Assembly: GCA_963514005.1 (NCBI GenBank)
Contig: OY740804.1
Span: 12,338,001 to 12,402,000 of the forward strand
From: Raja brachyura
Lineage: Eukaryota
Length of the DNA stretch: 64,000 nt
Direction: 5' to 3'
Shown: positions 14,676 through 27,700 of the stretch, piece by piece
Layout of the letters: each line of letters starts with the position of its first letter
How positions within the stretch are numbered: position 1 is the first letter of the stretch
Made by a program: the position numbers and the translations under genes
Notes under the pieces: generated by a model
Told to the model about the DNA's origin: nothing
Database searches by the model: none
What the model saw: only the letters and a program-made list of their open reading frames with translations

Positions 14676-15639
14676 CTGACAAATACAAGATTTTGTAATT
14701 AATGACCTCATATTAGTAATTTGAACAATTAGATTTGGCAAGAAACTGAATTTTTCTACTTCTGCTTTGCCTCACATTCATATATAATAATTAACCTAAA
14801 AATTACTTCATGTACATTAAACATATCCACAATTAACCTACACAAATGCCAATTAAAATACAGTAAAAGCTGAGTTTTCTGGCACTTCAGTGGGTAGCAG
14901 CTGAGCCAACAAAGCAACATCTGGACAGATACTGGTTTAGCCAGCTCGTCAAGTCCGCCACTTAGCAAATGAAGAAACAGTCTACCATGAGAAGTGAAAA
15001 TTTCATAAAATCCCATTTGTCAAATTATATTGATGCAGTCAAGTTATATTAAATTACCATACGTTTCTTAGAATGCAGTTAAAACGTCACAAAAAGCTCA
15101 GATAAGCATTCCAATAATGAAGTTACCTCACCGATTCTCTGCAGAGCAGAGCAACCCATAAAGGCATGCAGAGCAACCCAAAGTTCGTCAGCGCTTCCTG
15201 ACCACTTGGTGTGAAACAATCTAACCCAGTGATTGCCAATATGCTCGAGGTTGGGTGGGGAGTCAGAGACTAATAATAGTTATAATTTAGTTATAAAGGC
15301 TTACATGTAAAAATATACTCAGCATGTTAGCAGAGTCAGACATATGGCTCTAGCAGCACTGGGACAACACCAAATCCCTGAAAGATCTGGTCAGGAACAT
15401 CATCTGGAATTTGTTGGCATTGGTGATGAGGGCTGGGGAGAAGTGGAACGGGTTGCATGTTGCCAAGTGCAAATAAGCAGAGTATGTTAGAAATTTTGGA
15501 TACCTTGAACAACACATACAAGGTAGTTCACACGAAGAAGCTACTTCTTGCATCAAATGAAACTGCCTACACAAGCATCATCTTCGGTTTGTTAACTAGA
15601 ATGCAAATTTTGCAAAAGTACCAGCATGTCAGGGAATTA

Positions 15640-17360
15640 TAAATATCTGACATGAAATGGTTACATTAAATCCAATTGTCAAATGATGAGCAAGTGGATG
15701 TCTAAGGAAAGAGGGACAAAAGGGCTAATATGTGTGTTGCCAGGGTATATTGGCAGGTGCTAAAAGAATATTCCTCTAAGATATTCATCAAGGACAACTT
15801 TAGGATGATGCGCCCTTCCGGGAGGAATAGGTAGATGGACTGGAGCAAGTCAATATTAAGTTTTAAGATGTCTTTGAACACACAAGAATGGTGATGAGAT
15901 CTAATCCAGAGCCTAATGAGATCTAACCCAGATTGTTATGAAAATGCAAGAGGAGATTGCTGGGAACCTGAATGATTTGTGCATCTTAGTTAGACAAGGA
16001 GAGGTAACCAATTGGATATAATGTTGCACCTTTATTCAGAAAGTGCAGCAGGGATAAGCCAATAATAACAGGCCAGTGAGCCTTATGTCAGTGGTAGGGA
16101 ATTATTGATGAAATTACTGAGGAAAATGGTTTATGCATTTAGAAAGGTAGAAACTTGGAATCTGGAAACTAAGAACTGTCAGCATAGTTTTGGGAAGAAG
16201 AAATGATCTCATTAATTTTTGGCGTGTTTTTTGGGAAGGTTGTAATAAAGGAGATTGAAGAAAGCAGGGCTGTAGATATTATCGACATGAAGTTTTGCAA
16301 GGTACAGAAAGTTAAGGAACATGGGATCCATAGCAAGTTGACCAATTGGATCCAGAATTAGCATGGAGGAGGCAGAGGGTCGTGGTGGTAGGGGAGTTAT
16401 CTAATTGGAAGTTTGAGAATAGTGGTGTATCATAGTGACCGATGCTAGGATCTTTGGTGTTTGTGATATACATTAAAACTTGGACGTGAACTTGAGGTGT
16501 GGATGACAGGAAAATGGGTGGTAGTTTAAAGCGACGGCAGGATAGATCAGAGGGAAAGTTGGGCAGAGCAGTGGCAAATTAAATTTAATCTCAGCGAATA
16601 TTTTTAAAAACGGTGATGTTTTGATACAATTTAACAAAAGGCTGGTTTGGTCAAACATTGTATTGTATGTAGTTCTGGTTGTCACACCATAGGAAGAAGT
16701 AGTTGCATTTGCAAAGAGTGCAAAGATTCATATGGATGTTGTCTAGATTGGAGGACTTTAGTTTTGAGAAAGGATAATCTGTGGCCATTTTACCTGCAGT
16801 AATGGAGGTCGAGAGGCGAACTGACGGAAGCATGAGAGTAACTGGTAGGGTAGGCAGTCAAATCTATGACTTAGGCTCACAAAGTTTGCACCGAACATGA
16901 TGCCAAGTTAAACTGGTCTCACCTGCCTATACACGATTCATATCCCTCTAATCCCTGCACTTCCAAATGCCAACCCAAACACCTCTTGAACACCACTATC
17001 GTATCTGCCTCGACCACCACCCAAGGCAATGTATTCCAGGCTCCCACCACTTAAAAAAAAAACTTGCCCCACACATCTCCAATAAAATTTCCCTTGCCTT
17101 ATGGCCATGCCCTCTAGAGTTAGTCATTTCCACCCTGGGAAAAAGGTTCTGACCGACTACCCAATCTATGCCTCATAATTCTATATACTTCTATCGCCTT
17201 CCCTCAACCTCTGCCGTTCCAGAGAAAATAATCCAAATCTATACAACCTCACCCTGTAGCTGAAACCCTCCAATCCAAGCAGTATTTTGGTAAACCTTCT
17301 CTGCACCCACTCCAAAGATTCCACATTTTGTTTGTGTAATGGGGCAACCAGAGCTACACA
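15640..17360. mobile_element. Degenerate CR1 fragments (plus ~15640-16860; minus 3' end ~16880-17360)
   Basis: Decayed CR1 ORF2 motifs, e.g. LEWVQRRFTKILLGLEGFSYRVRL. Confidence 0.7.
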
Positions 17361-18319
17361 CAAGACTCCAAATTCTTTTTTTTTTTTTAAATCACAGGTT
17401 TTTGAGTTGCAATATGACATTACAAATAATAGTTGGGTTTTAATGGCTGGGTTATTTGTTTCCCTGAGAAAATGAAAGGAATTAGAATTGTTGACTTGGA
17501 GGTAGGATAGTTCACCTGAAGCTGAACAGTTTCAATTTCATCAGCTGAGGAACTTAAGCAAATCTGGAATACAAAGCTAGTATCAATATTGATGACCATA
17601 GATGTGGTTGACTCTTAACTGCCCTCAACTAGCCCAACAGTTCACCAGCTCAGACATAAAAGTGTGGATGCAAATCGTACCAGCAATGCCAGTCCTGTGA
17701 ATGAACAATGAAAACTAACCAGATCTTAGACAACAGCATGCCATGTCACATGGCCAATCTTGGTATTCACCCAACCACAGATATCCCCTTTATTCTTTTT
17801 ACCTATTCTCCCTCACTGTTACACACACTTGCGGCTCAAAATAATCCTCACTTATAAATTTGACGACAACTCAACCTGAATTGCTAAATCCGGTTCCCTC
17901 GAAAATACGTTGCTTTACCTCCTGCGTACCTCCAGGATGTTGTGTTAATGCTTGATAAGTAGAAACAATGTGTTTAAAATTAATACCAGTTTGAAAGAAC
18001 AAATGTCGTGGTGTGGTACAGAAAACAGGTATTTTATGTTCACAATAGAGCAAGGGAGGTTTACACAAAACCATTTTGAACATTCAATCCGTTATATGGC
18101 AGACCTTTCAATGCGACAGTGAATCTTGTTGAGATGCTATTGGAAAGCGACACAGTTTAACAGCAAAATATCATTTAAGAGGAAGCCAGCATGTTTATGA
18201 AAACTACACACGCCATCTAATCAAGACATTAGTTTCAGAATATAGGGCTGCAGTTTGAATTTATCAAGCAAGGAGTCTCATTACATACAGATTCAGGAAA
18301 TGAAGGAGACCATACGTAC

Positions 18320-18417
18320 TGTTTATTGGTTTCCATGGAGAAAGAAACTTTATCTCCTGTTTCAAGTTGGACATTTCCATCAACATCTTCAGTTGTATAT
18401 GTCAGATAAAACACTTC
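18320..18417 (-). CDS. CSDE1: CSDE1 coding exon, 98 nt
   Basis: tttag|GAAGTG...AAACA|gtacgt; EVFYLTYTTEDVDGNVQLETGDKVSFSMETNK(H). Confidence 0.96.
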
Positions 18418-21399
18418 CTAAACCAAAAAGTAATTAATTAGATCTGGTGGTTTAAATACAATCACAGGCCAAACCAATTAAAAAATAGCATATTAAAATG
18501 GTTGTGGTACAATAGAAAAATGTCAGAAATATGACATTGCATATTTGTGAGACTGAATATTTTTCTTTAACAAGCAAGTGGAAAGTACACAGCTGATGCT
18601 AATCCATGTTTCCTATCAAGGCACCAACCGGCACAGACATGTGATGCTCCACATTGATGTTCTCACTTGCTCTAATCACCACTTAATTTTTGTCAATTAG
18701 AATTAAATTTGCAATGACCAATAATTACTAAACTGCAGTCAATCTTAACTAAATGCAGATAATCAATCAAATGTTATTCTACCTTTATCCAGATCCCTCA
18801 CATGCTACTCTTGTTCAGCTGTCTCTGATCAGAAGGAATGCTGACCAATTGCCCCAAACCCAGAGCCACCAAGGTCAATGGTGTGCTGAAAACTAATGCA
18901 GCTTGGGAGAGAAAATCAAATTTAGCAGTTCTCTCATCTTGATAACTTGGCTATTCCACTGATGAAACACAGTTGGGAATGTTGTTTTATTTTCTAAAGA
19001 GACCATTACATGGGGCACCATCACAATTACCATACCATTAATTCTCTCAACCCCCCCCCCCCCCCCCCCCCCCCCAGCCACCCGAACTGCTTTTTAACAA
19101 TGCTTGTCAAACTTTTCAGTTTGTAGATGAAGCTAGCAAGATGCTTGATTGACCTCTTTTTTAAATTCTTTCATCTTATGATACCCTCACCAAAGTCAAA
19201 CAGTGGAGACCTAAGAAATTAATCTGTGGAGATCGAGAGGCAAGAAAAGTGAACATTTTTAAATAATTTGCTTTCATGCAAATTAAAAAGAGAAAAAATG
19301 AGATGAGAGATCACTTAAAATATAAAAATCCAACTCGAGTACCTGAAGTAATTTGTAATTAGCAGAAAAGCATAAAATACAAAGTTCCCATTTTCCCCTC
19401 AAGTTACAGCACTGAAGAGAGCCAACAAAGATACCAGGTCCACTAATCCTCTGGTGAAATGCTACACATTATTTAACACTCAAACAAATAAGCACATTTG
19501 ATGAGGGTACACAGGTTTGACAGGATCTTAAGGCACATTTCCCCAACACTCTAGAGGGAAACCGATTGCTGTGTGAAAAAAAAACATCACCCACATGCTC
19601 AACATATCACACACATATTGTAAAATTCCTCATAGGTCAGTCTCCCATATACACTTGGGTTTAGTTTAGTTCTGAATGTGCCAATTATGAGTTTGCTTTT
19701 TGTATTCAATTGCTCCCCTTTTAAATAATATGTTTCAAATGATTAACCCAATCTTGAGGGCAAATAACACAGTTAGCCAAGGAAAATGAGCAGGCGTTCT
19801 ACAGAATTTAATTCCAGTAATAATTCCCTGCGCGATAGGTTTTGCACTACATAAATCTAAAGCTATTTATGCAAGAGACAACATAAACAAAATGGCAGGT
19901 AACAGTGTTTTAGGGTCTCAAGAAGCTGCACTTCTGATCTTTAGAAAGTTTTAGAAAAATTGAAATTTCCAGAGTCATTCGTGAATGACGGTTTTAACAG
20001 GATTGAATTTACAGGTGGTCTTGGTACTAGGTTACCTATCGACCTGATTGAAGAACTAGCACATGCATCTGATATAGGATATCAATGTCAAGTGGCAACA
20101 TGCCTCTTTTCCCTCTATGTTCCAACCAAACTAAGTGCCGCTTCTTTGAAGGGCGTTAGGAGCCACTACTGAAACAATCTGATGTACTCACCAACAGGGA
20201 AATTCAAGAATACAGCATTTCCTACTAGGTAGTCAAAAGCCAAGGCTGAAGGAAAAAAAAGCATTTTGTTTTTAATTTTCCTCTGCCTTCCTACCCTTGT
20301 TAGGAAGTGAAAGAAAATAGAGTTTAAACAGAGCAAGACCACTTTAACAGAACTCGGCATACCAGGAATTAAAGGCTCATGGTTTTCTTGCATGATGATC
20401 TGTAACACAATACTGAATCCTGCATACATGAAACACTGCAGCCTTGGCGGACAGCTTTATGTAACAGTTCAAGATTGCAAGCCAGGTACCAACAAGCATG
20501 GACAACTTTTTTTTTCTCCCCACACTCTACGACAGGACTACTCCATTGTAAAGTAGAACCTTTCCAATTCCAAAATTTTCACCCACTACTTTAAGTTGGG
20601 AGAGGATCTCGGTTGTTCCTTCATCACGATCACAGTGGTCTGAACAATGATTTCACATGGAGCTAAACAATACAATTTGTATCCTATTGGGACCGAATGG
20701 TTTGACAACGACAAAGAAACTGAAAGGGAGAACTTAATTATCTTTAGCAAATCCCTAAACAGATAATTAGAGGATAGAAAAACAGCAAAAAGATTTAAGC
20801 AATGGTAATACTGGATTCGATTTTAAAGTAGAACCACATCCAATTCTGCCTGTAATTAGACAACCATTATGCTCCATTACAACTAGCTTGACTATTTCTA
20901 TATACCAATAGCTTCCAAATCAAATTATTATAGCAGGCACCAAGTAAAAACCAGGAACTCCTTCATAGGAGCCAAAAAAAGATTCAGTTACCCATCTTCT
21001 TTCACATATTCTCCCATTAGCATTAAATAGAAATAATTCAAGCAAAAGATATTGCAGAAGGTCCTGTTCTACATGTGGGATTGAAATTTTAAAAAAGGTA
21101 ATGAAACAATTTGCAGATCCCAAATTAAAAAGAACTGGAAATACTCAGGTCAGGCAGATCTGTGGCGGGGAGAGGGAAGAGAGACAAAAAGAGTTAACAT
21201 TTTAATTTCTTTGCCAGAACTGGGGAAGAAATAAAAATGGTAGTTTAAAATTGCATTGTGGCAGTAAGAATGAACAGGATGAAAAAGGGAGCAACTGTGA
21301 AAGGGCAAGACCAAGTCAAATGGGATAACAGGGATAGCTAGACGAAGATTGTGCTTTACCCGTGCTGCATTGGTAATAACCTGGCCCATCACTCTTACA

Positions 21400-21825
21400 T
21401 GTGTAGGAAGGAACTGCAGATTCTGGTTTAAACCAAAGATAGACACAAAATGCTGCAGTAACTCAGCAGGGCAGGCAGCATCTCTGGAGAGAAGGAATGG
21501 GTGATGTTTCGGGTCGAGACCCTTCTTCAGACTGAGTAGGGGGAAAAGGGGACAAGAGATATAGATGGGGATCTAGAGAGATATAGAACAAATGAATGAA
21601 AGATACGTTAAAAAAAACGGAAACAGGCCATTGTTAGCAGTTTGCTAGGTGAGAACGAGAAGCTGGTGAGACTTGGTGGGGGAGGGACCTCCTTCCTCAA
21701 CTCTGTCCAGAGAACCCAGCAGTCCTTTCAGGTTAGGCAGATATTCACTTGTACCTCCTCCAACCTCATCGACGGTATCAGTTGTTCAATATGTGGACTC
21801 ATACATCGGCGAAGCTCAACATAGA
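21400..21825. mobile_element. Penelope-derived terminal repeat (minus) joined to a plus-strand GIY-YIG fragment
   Basis: ggaaggaactgcag...tttcgggtcgagacccttcttcagact followed by QSFQVRQIFTCTSSNLI. Confidence 0.8.
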
Positions 21826-24607
21826 CCGGGCAATAGATAGATATGATATTTATTAAATCCAAGTTGAAAATGAGATTTATGAGGAATTTTTAGATATATA
21901 AAAATGGAGTAGTAATGGATGGAATATGTTGCCTGGGGAAGTGGAAGAAGCAGATGTGATAGAGGGGGTTTAGATAGGCACATAAATAGACTGGGAAATA
22001 CATAAAGTGCAGGCAAATGGCATAATGGCCAGCCCCGACATAGCAAGTCAAAGGACCTGTTCCCATTCTGTATAGTTTTATGTTCTATAGAGCATTCCCA
22101 GTTCTGTAGTCTTCAACCCAAAATATTAAGTTTCCTTCCGTAGATGCTGTTTTACACTGAGTATTTCCAGCATTTTCTTTTATTAGAAAACATAAAAAAA
22201 TGCCCTTAATGTATTCATATGAACTATATTAACTGCACTATTCTTTGATAAAAGATTTTTCCAGAAAAGTCTTCAAGAGTTTAGCCAAGTACAGACAAAT
22301 GACTATGCGTGGACAATTTGAATCAATTACATAGTTCAGCAGTAACTAGGCATGGCAATCATCTCCCCACAAGGAACCATCTTTACCAACATATTGATAA
22401 CTATGCTGCCTTGTCGGCACATGGGATGCAAAGCAATTTCCAGGTCAAACGCATCAATCCAAAAATCTAACCGGTGCCTTCCCATCATGAAATCATACTT
22501 TAAAAAAAAAAGCCAAATCCAACACACTTTCCACAGTAAAACAAATTTGATCACAGATGACCAATTGTACCTACTGCCGGTGGTGACCTCTGGGTTTCTA
22601 TGGCTTGCTTTAAAGCAGCACAGATTAAATGGAGTCTCGCATTCTAGGTCTCAATCGACACCAGACCCTCTTCAAATATTATTAATTGGGTTTTTAAGTC
22701 ATACCACCCGCCCCATTGCCACCTCTCCAGAACCCCCTAAACCCAACAAAACACCCTCCCAGCTCCTGATGGACAGAAGGCATGTACAAAACATTGAAAC
22801 TAGCAAACTAGCCTGAAAAAACAAATTCCACCAATTGTTATTTTTGTGAACAGAATACAACATAAGAGGGCAGCAAGAACATTTAGTTATAAATTTGGAA
22901 ACTGGTACTTGGCAAAGGAAAATTTAGCAAAATTCAAGGCAGAAAGTTAACTCAGTACAGGCAGATTGTCCATTTATAGCTTTCCATTGTTATCCTATAC
23001 AGGTGCAATTATACTCTGCAGGAGTGTAGGGGGAATAAGCAATTTTAATACCTTTAAGTGGATTTACTGGATTTGCTTTTCATGGTATGTAGAGGATAAT
23101 GTAGAATGAACTAGGAACACACCAAAACATTCATGGAGAAAAACAAATCGAGGGCAAATTTGTCCTTCTTCCAACTTAGTTCTAGCAGTTGAATAGATAT
23201 TGAAGACTACTGGTTTCCCCCCTTCTACCTTGCGACAACTGAGCAAGAATTTTTGAAAGCTCAGCTGATACCAAATCCTGAAGCAAAATCAGAAACCTTT
23301 TGCACTTACAACCTCTGTGCCGGCTTCAATTAAAGAGCATAAAGTCAATACAATAGCTTCAAACCTCTGCATGTGGCCATTTATTGAAACATTTAAAGCA
23401 TTTGCCTTAATGTATTGCAGTTGATGTTTTTGTTCAAGAGAATAACTCTTTGCCGAGAAACACACAACCAATACATTAAGCAAAGTATAGTTTAAATCAT
23501 TCAAATCAACACAAACTCAAACAAACTTTTAAATTATTCTGGCTGGCTGACTAACTTTTGAACCTTTTCTTGAAATAATCCACATTTAAATTAGAACAAG
23601 GCAGCGAGAGAGAAGGATTCAAATTATACAACTCAGTTTTATAGAAGCCACTACTCCCTTGGAACTACAGACACATTCTTAAAGTATAATAATTTAAACA
23701 TTTCCCACATTGGAAGCTCTTCCAAATGAACTGATAGCAAAGTCTCACACTTCAAAAAGCAACAGGGATTACCCAATGACCTTGAAACCTTTCTATTACT
23801 CATGTAAAGTCAAAGCCTGCTTTGTTTAGACAAGCTAGGGCCTAAAATCTCCGACCAAACGCACAAGACACAAAGTAGTCCACATAACGCATGGCAATCT
23901 TATCTCAGGCTGTCAACACATGCAACTTCTGCAAGGGTCATTCATGTCCATCTCTCATATACCCAGAAATTCTCATGTCCGATGTGCTCCCCACTAATCC
24001 ACTGCGTTATAAAAATATCAAACCAGGATAGGGTGGTATTTTGAAGCTTGCTAATGAGGGACCATCTGCAGGTAAACTAGATGTTGATAATGCTCTGCAA
24101 AGGATCCAATGTTTGTCAGGGACTGAAACAAGCATTTGCATCAAATTTAGAAAGTGAAACATCTACCAGTGTTTAAAAATCATGCACACCATTCACTGAA
24201 GGACTAAGCTTGGAGCCAAAATCCTGCAGCTGTAAAAATTGGTTATTAAATTTAAAGCTACATTTGGACATTTTCATGCTTTTGCCAAACAAAATATTTC
24301 TGTTGCTTAATTCTGCACATTTCTATACTTTAAACTCTAGTTTTGTAAAGACTCAACTAATTTTAGCTCTAACGGAATTTTTCCATGATCTTTGTTCAAA
24401 TGCTACCCAAATGGTAAAAGCCAAAATTAGCACAGAACAAGGTTAATGGGGCGTGGAATTTGAGGCAAGAGGTTACCCATATTTATAGGAACCATCTAAT
24501 TTAAAATCAATCTGGCTGACGTATGCATGCATGCCTAAACTCAAGTGCCTATATGGGCGACCTACCTGAAATCATTTATTACCTGGAAAGACAAAATCCA
24601 ATCTTAC

Positions 24608-24706
24608 CCCATTGCGTTCATAGCACACACTGCCTGAAGTCTGACCAGGAGATGAAGGTTTCAGCCCAGATTTGTTCTCAAGGTTAAGGGGAGCAGCACA
24701 GACAAC
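24608..24706 (-). CDS. CSDE1: CSDE1 cassette exon (homolog of the mammalian alternatively spliced 'exon 5'), 99 nt, symmetric phase 0
   Basis: gtccag|GTTGTC...AATGGG|gtaaga; VVCAAPLNLENKSGLKPSSPGQTSGSVCYERNG. Confidence 0.95.
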
Positions 24707-27700
24707 CTGGACATACCATGACATAACAAAGAATAATGTCAGGAGGGTACATGAAGGCTTTCCAGGGGTTGAAAATGCCACTGGTCAAAGGCCCCAGGTA
24801 TGTCTAGTTTTTGGGTTTAGACCAGCAGAAAATATTCCTCCAATGTCTTACGAATTGGTAGAAAAACTTGACTTATTATAGTACCAGATTTCTGCCACTA
24901 GCTATTCTATTCACATTACAGCACATATCTAGCAGCAGTAATTCGGTACTCAAACTAATCAGACCTGCAATGGCCCGACAAACTGATTAAAATTCCAGTG
25001 TCTGTTTCCAAACCACTACATCTAACTTTTCAACCCCTGATTTCCAGATGATTTTTTTGGCAAAAACAGTTCTCTTACAAAGTCAGAAACTTGTAGACAA
25101 CAATAGTCAAAACATATGATGACACTGTTCCATTAGAGAAAGGTAACTTGCACACCAATAAGTATAGTTTCATTCAAACATGAAGATATTATCCTCCACA
25201 TACCATGGGGGAGAAAGAAAATCATGATTCAATGGGGAAACCACTGTTCATCTGTCCCTTTAAGAGATTTGCCCTTGAGCATCCCCGAATTTAGCCCTTC
25301 TGCCATTGGTGGTTATGCTTTTAATAACTCGGCCCCTTTCCTTCAAAACAAAAATCTACTTTTAACAAGATTTTGGTCATCCAACCTAATTCCTCCTTAT
25401 GAGGCTGGGAGTCACACATTTAAAAAATATTTCGCTGTAAAAGTGTTTTCGACGTTGTCAAATGAAAAAATGTATACGGGGTTGCTGTTGATTATCGAAT
25501 TCCCTTTCCAAGTTACATGCAGAAAACCTCTTCAAATCCACTACAAAGTTTATTAATTTTGAGAAGAGTACTTACATTAAGAAAGCCAGAGCAGGTCAGA
25601 CTGCGCTCCCTAGAACTAGGAACAAAGTACAACAAAATGGAAAGCTATATCCAAGAACCCGATTATTAAAGCAAGGCCCAGAACCGGAGAAGAGTGGCGA
25701 GTAAAGGACCAGTACGTTGACTTACTTCAACACAAAATGGAAGTTGAGGTTTTTTTTTTCATTATCCTCCACATACCATGTACATCTCCACAGTAGAATC
25801 TCAAATAATAAGCAGAAAGACTATATTCTGCCAGGCTAAGCATCCAATAAAATATCCACCAATTAGCATCAAATCATGGTATTTTAAAATAAGTAAATAA
25901 TGGATTACATTCAGTAATAACAGTAGAATGTTGTTAAACCTAGAATTTAGTTACCACATGAAATAAAGTGTTACCACAAGAAAACTGCCCTAATCTCAAA
26001 ACAAAACAGCACTGAGAAATACTGTGGGTCTTTTTTTTGTAAACCAGCATCTGCAGTACTTGTATTTACTGAGAAGTAGTTGTTCACTCACCCTGCTGGC
26101 TGATGCTCAAGACACAATGACACCTTCCCACATTTGATATCGTCTAAGCTAATTAATAAACACATCCATACCAAACTCACACTATTGTCCCCCCCTTCAT
26201 AATTTTAGTAACACAGATTACCCATTCAGCCTCACTAATGGAGTACAGAATGCAGTTTATAATTCTTGTGCATCACAATGGAAGTGTTCTACACCTTTTT
26301 ATATACACATTACAGACCACAAGGCATTACAAACTGCACACAAAGCAGGCTCATGCTACCAAGAATGGGAGATCATTCCTCTTCCCCACTGCACTGGTTG
26401 CTGTATTTAAAACCAAATACCTGTAACCATGGCCCATAGTTAAACTGTTATTTTCCGTTATCAGAGAAAGGAATTAATGCAAATGCTTCTCCTTGTTCGA
26501 AAAGTTAAGTGTCCAGTAAGTAAAATTCAAGGACATAACTGGAATTAACCCAATTCCCTTCTACCTTGTTCAAATAAAGATACATTAAATTAGAACTAAT
26601 TCCATCAAAATAAATTGCCATCTGATGATTTAGTATTGGTTGGAACCAGTCTCCCTTCAGGGCTTCAGGGTTTTACCCCCCCTGGCATAATGGAGATTTT
26701 GGAGTCTTTATGAGACTACTCTTTCGTAGCTCGAGTTGTCTAAATGTAATTGCCAGTACTGATACACAATCTCAAATACCCCAAGAAGTAACCCCTTAGT
26801 TTAACAAAATTCAACTATAATAATAATATGCACACAGGGCCAATAATAATGTGTCCAAGTTAGTGATTATGATTTCACTGCACCCAAAACGCCACCATGA
26901 TTGATTTTCCTGGCATGTATAGTTTGCATTGGGGTCTGGATTCCTTCCTCAGACCAATCCCCATTTTCACAAACTAGCTACTCATTATAGGTGAATGTCA
27001 CTTTCTCCTGCCCACTTTTTGGTGTAGGAATCAAAGTCAACATAAAGGGAATGAGAAGGCTATTGGAAAGCACATAATGCAATCTGCATGTACAAGATTG
27101 CCACGTTTGTCGTGCAATTATCCCCTTTCTCCCCAAACAATTGGCAGATCTTATTACTGTCACCAGGTGCTGGTCCTTTGTGACATTTCTACCATTGTTA
27201 AATATGCTGACTCATAGATCATCCTCGATTTAATTATAGTTTGAGGCAGAGGAAAAAAAATGAGGGGAAGATAGAAAGATCAAGCTTAAATATCAAATGA
27301 GAGTCACTGATTAAAAAACTAGTCTCAAAATAAGGGCAACTGCATTGAGAAGGTTCATTTATTTTCTTCCCTGACCAAAACAGATGGGCTCAAATACTAT
27401 TGCCACACACAACTGCATTCTATATATCAGCAGATTAGAGTAAGGCAGGGTCTCTAATGTTCCATCTAAATGGGGCATAAGTGTAAGCAACTTCAAAGTG
27501 TAAGTAACTCAATTCTGTTTATAAAAAAAAAATACAAATAATGGTTAAGTGCTCAACACTGGTAACGAAGCCTATATGTAAACCCAAGAACACCACCACC
27601 AAATATTAGCATGGTTAAATCATGATAACCATATCCATAAATGTAGCAGGTATACTCCAACAGTATATTGCAAGCTACTGTGTACCCAGGTCAATCCAGA

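Noticed and set aside
22352-22816. 154-aa plus-strand ORF in an intron
   Set aside because: No recognisable domain; antisense to CSDE1; length compatible with chance
24852-24964. Possible 113-nt extra exon (ttgcag|...|gtaaga) upstream of the cassette exon
   Set aside because: Acceptor lacks a polypyrimidine tract; too weak to call
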